This document shows positions 61,608 to 64,000 of a stretch of 64,000 nucleotides of DNA, piece by piece (position 1 is the stretch's first letter; each line of letters opens with the position of its first letter). A program made the position numbers and the translations under genes. A model generated the notes under the pieces. The model worked only from the letters and a program-made list of their open reading frames with translations, ran no database searches and was not told the DNA's origin. The DNA comes from a virus, in IMG/VR virus record IMGVR_UViG_3300037258_001099, positions 1 through 64,000 of that record; one strand, written 5' to 3'.

Positions 61608-63569
61608 TTGACTACTGCTCTTACGGTCTATGGCGCTGGAGCTGTATCTTCAGATGTTTCTACAGCATGTAAGCTAGTGTCCGCTTCTGGTGGCACGCTC
61701 AATAGCGCCTCGACAAACATGAGCTTCACCTCCGGTGCTACTGGATGGATACAGATATGGGGGAAAGGTGGCGCAAGTGGGCAAACAGGGTCAGGAAGTC
61801 AAGGCTCGCCTGATGGCAATGGTTTCCATTTTGATGGCACGGCACTAGAAGGACAGAGGCTTCTAGCAGGTATCCATGCTTGGACACTTAATCTCCATAC
61901 GAATGCAGGCGGATCGATGACCGCTGATGTCGTTTTTCGTGCTTTAAAGAGATCATCAAGTGGTGTCTACACCGTTATTGGAAGTGCTACACTTTCTGGT
62001 CAAACTTTCACAAATACCCAAGCTGCCTATGCCGATTCCCCGTCTTTTTCTTTGATGGATTTTACTACTGGAGATAGATTAGAATATGATGCCTGGCTCA
62101 ATGTATTGTCTAATACCTCCGTATCTGTTATTGGAATATACCGTTCATCTTCCACAACGCTAGGTGCATCAGGGTGCAATATGGTAACACCTGGCTTTGC
62201 TCCGACGCCTTCAACGAACCAGAGGAAGATTATTTCTAGGCTCTCTCAATATGCGACAACTCAGAGGAAGGGAGTAAGCAGGTTTTACCAGTATGCTGTT
62301 AAGGCAAAAAAGACAACAACTAGACTTTTCCAAAAGGGATTAGTGAATAGAGGTATCTCTACACGATTTGCTCACTATAGCAAATCACTCAAAGCTACTG
62401 CTACGAGAGTAATTCAGTATCTTCTTGCAAAAAGGGCAATAGGAACGAGACTCACTCAATATGCTGTAGGACAGATAAATATTGCTGCTAGGATGTCCCA
62501 GTACGGTCTTGCGGGAAAATCAGTTCCATCGCGCTTCTTTCAAATGCTGTCTTCCGCAAGGCGCTATGCGGTAAGACTCTATCAGTATAGTGCGATCAAG
62601 AGGATAGTTGCCTCTAGGCTTTCCCAGTTTGTTCTAGGCATGCGGACTGTCGCATCTCGTCTAAGCCAATACAGCATATCTGGACGCATAGTCTCCTCTC
62701 GCTTCTTTGCCTACCTCAAAGCTCAGAGGTCCACTGCCTCTCGGGTACATCAATACCTGATAGCAGATAAAGCGTTCCTTTCCAGAATGAGGCAGTACGG
62801 GGTATCATCTCAGACAGTACTAATTCGGTACGGCCAATATGCTTTCCACTTTTCTATACAGAGCATCCAGTCCAGGTTCTCTCAGTACGTAGCACAAATG
62901 AGGGGAATACAAAGTCACTTTGGACACTATAGTGTTTCTGACAGGCGTATTGCTTCCAGACTCTTTTTGCTTGGACACGGTGTCCAGACAGTTGTCTCTC
63001 GGTTCTATCAACACATGGTCAGCCAGAGGGCCTATCAAACCAGGCTTAGGATGGTAAGCAGTTTCCAGTTTGCGCAGCAGTTTTTTGCCTCTAGGCTCTA
63101 TCAGTTCACAGGAGCACAAAGGGCTGTTCGTTCTCGCGTGGCGCTTATTCTCCTCTCTCCAAAGGCATTCGCCATCAGGCTTTATCAGTATGCAGAGAGC
63201 CAGCAAAAGATACACACTCGCATCTTTGTCTATAGGCAAGCAATGAAGTCCCTTCCTATAAGGCTCTTTGCTTATGGCCGTAAGAGCCAGAAATATCCGT
63301 CGAGAGTTTTTATTTATAATGTAGCCACGCGTGGGATTGGGTCGCGTACATTTTCTTACGATAAGAGGAAACACAGTCTAGCAACCAGACTCAATCACAT
63401 TGTTACTCCGATGACGACCAGATTGATAGCCTTGCGTATGAGCCAGTTTGCGGGACAGCACCGAGGAGTCTCTTCTCGACTAAAATGTGTAGAAGCACTT
63501 GATCTTGCTCCTGTCGTTGGACAAGCAGTGGGCAGAGATGGCATTATGGAAATACGGAGGATTCTATGA
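61608..63569 (+). CDS. fibre-like protein: N-terminal beta domain plus about 30 copies of a 14-aa basic repeat (xxRxxxSRhxQY)
   Basis: visible periodic SRL.QY / TRF.HY units; GGGAGG SD. Confidence 0.7.
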   Translation: MTTALTVYGAGAVSSDVSTACKLVSASGGTLNSASTNMSFTSGATGWIQIWGKGGASGQTGSGSQGSPDGNGFHFDGTALEGQRLLAGIHAWTLNLHTNAGGSMTADVVFRALKRSSSGVYTVIGSATLSGQTFTNTQAAYADSPSFSLMDFTTGDRLEYDAWLNVLSNTSVSVIGIYRSSSTTLGASGCNMVTPGFAPTPSTNQRKIISRLSQYATTQRKGVSRFYQYAVKAKKTTTRLFQKGLVNRGISTRFAHYSKSLKATATRVIQYLLAKRAIGTRLTQYAVGQINIAARMSQYGLAGKSVPSRFFQMLSSARRYAVRLYQYSAIKRIVASRLSQFVLGMRTVASRLSQYSISGRIVSSRFFAYLKAQRSTASRVHQYLIADKAFLSRMRQYGVSSQTVLIRYGQYAFHFSIQSIQSRFSQYVAQMRGIQSHFGHYSVSDRRIASRLFLLGHGVQTVVSRFYQHMVSQRAYQTRLRMVSSFQFAQQFFASRLYQFTGAQRAVRSRVALILLSPKAFAIRLYQYAESQQKIHTRIFVYRQAMKSLPIRLFAYGRKSQKYPSRVFIYNVATRGIGSRTFSYDKRKHSLATRLNHIVTPMTTRLIALRMSQFAGQHRGVSSRLKCVEALDLAPVVGQAVGRDGIMEIRRIL

Positions 63570-63904
63570 GTATCTCTCCCTGGTATCAATTTGACACAAA
63601 GCCCTCGTGGAAGTTCTTTCTACTTCTCGACAGTGGTATCCTTGTCACTACTGGCCTTGCTCCATCTGACTTCTCGTTTCGGATGGTCAACACACAAAAT
63701 ACAAGCGCACAGGAGATTATTGGAGCTGGATATTGCAGTGATCTGCTAGCGGCAGACGCGGACACGCTGCCATCAATTATCTATAATCAGAGTAGGGCAG
63801 ATGTCTCCGTCCCTGGTATTTATCGTACCTATTTTGTCATTACGCTGCCAACGCAGGACCAGGAAACGCTTTCTCTTGGTGAAATAAAAATCGTATCGAG
63901 GTAA
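63566..63904 (+). CDS. structural/baseplate-like small protein
   Basis: GGAGG SD; coupled. Confidence 0.6.
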   Translation: MSISPWYQFDTKPSWKFFLLLDSGILVTTGLAPSDFSFRMVNTQNTSAQEIIGAGYCSDLLAADADTLPSIIYNQSRADVSVPGIYRTYFVITLPTQDQETLSLGEIKIVSR

Positions 63905-64000
63905 CTATGAACGAAGATCTTGTAACCGAGATTGGCAAAGCCGTGGCTGATGTCAACGTGACCGATCTACCGACCATTCTCAAACTGATGGAGAAAATTT

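Noticed and set aside
1-64000. Apparent abundance of GAGCTC and GATC palindromes
   Set aside because: Could follow from Glu-Leu/Asp-Leu codon usage; cannot be judged without a Markov-model count.
54120-64000. Tape measure protein, tail-chaperone frameshift, integrase or endolysin
   Set aside because: None recognisable in this window; they may lie outside it, so tail morphology and lifestyle are not called.

Overview
The window is part of a large tailed-phage (Caudoviricetes) or phage-plasmid genome. No host housekeeping genes, integrase or genome end is evident. The style of its double-glycine peptides, HNH remnants and TnpB suggests a Ktedonobacteria/Chloroflexota host, which is an inference. 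Layout: (i) 1-10.7 kb, minus-strand replication and accessory genes: Hjc-like resolvase, a family of paralogous small genes, PD-(D/E)XK nuclease, AEP-primase/D5-SF3 helicase with internal iterons, and an Xre regulator. (ii) 10.7-21 kb, regulatory and accessory genes: HigBA-like TA, HTH/TerS-like protein, sensor histidine kinase, two double-glycine-leader peptides, and an HTH-GNAT protein. (iii) 21-32 kb, minus-strand small genes ending in an array of self-contained cassettes (two DprA/SLOG, DarG-like macrodomain, DUF488). Each cassette is headed by a conserved 23-bp site containing a covarying GNA-triloop mini-hairpin. (iv) 32-48 kb, mostly plus-strand accessory and metabolic genes (LuxR HTHs, YopX, Ntn peptidase, Acb2/Tad1-like, PNK, RyR-like, HAD, ThyX, C1 peptidase, dCTP deaminase), an IS200/IS605 tnpB-only element, and the large terminase. 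(v) 48.8-64 kb, portal, scaffold, N4-gp56-type major capsid protein and neck/tail genes. The most unusual signals are the hairpin-containing repeat system heading the cassette array, three dispersed 10-8-10 palindromes, a kinase-plus-peptide signalling pair, and several unannotated structured non-coding regions. All calls come from reading the sequence and recognising motifs; no database search was run.
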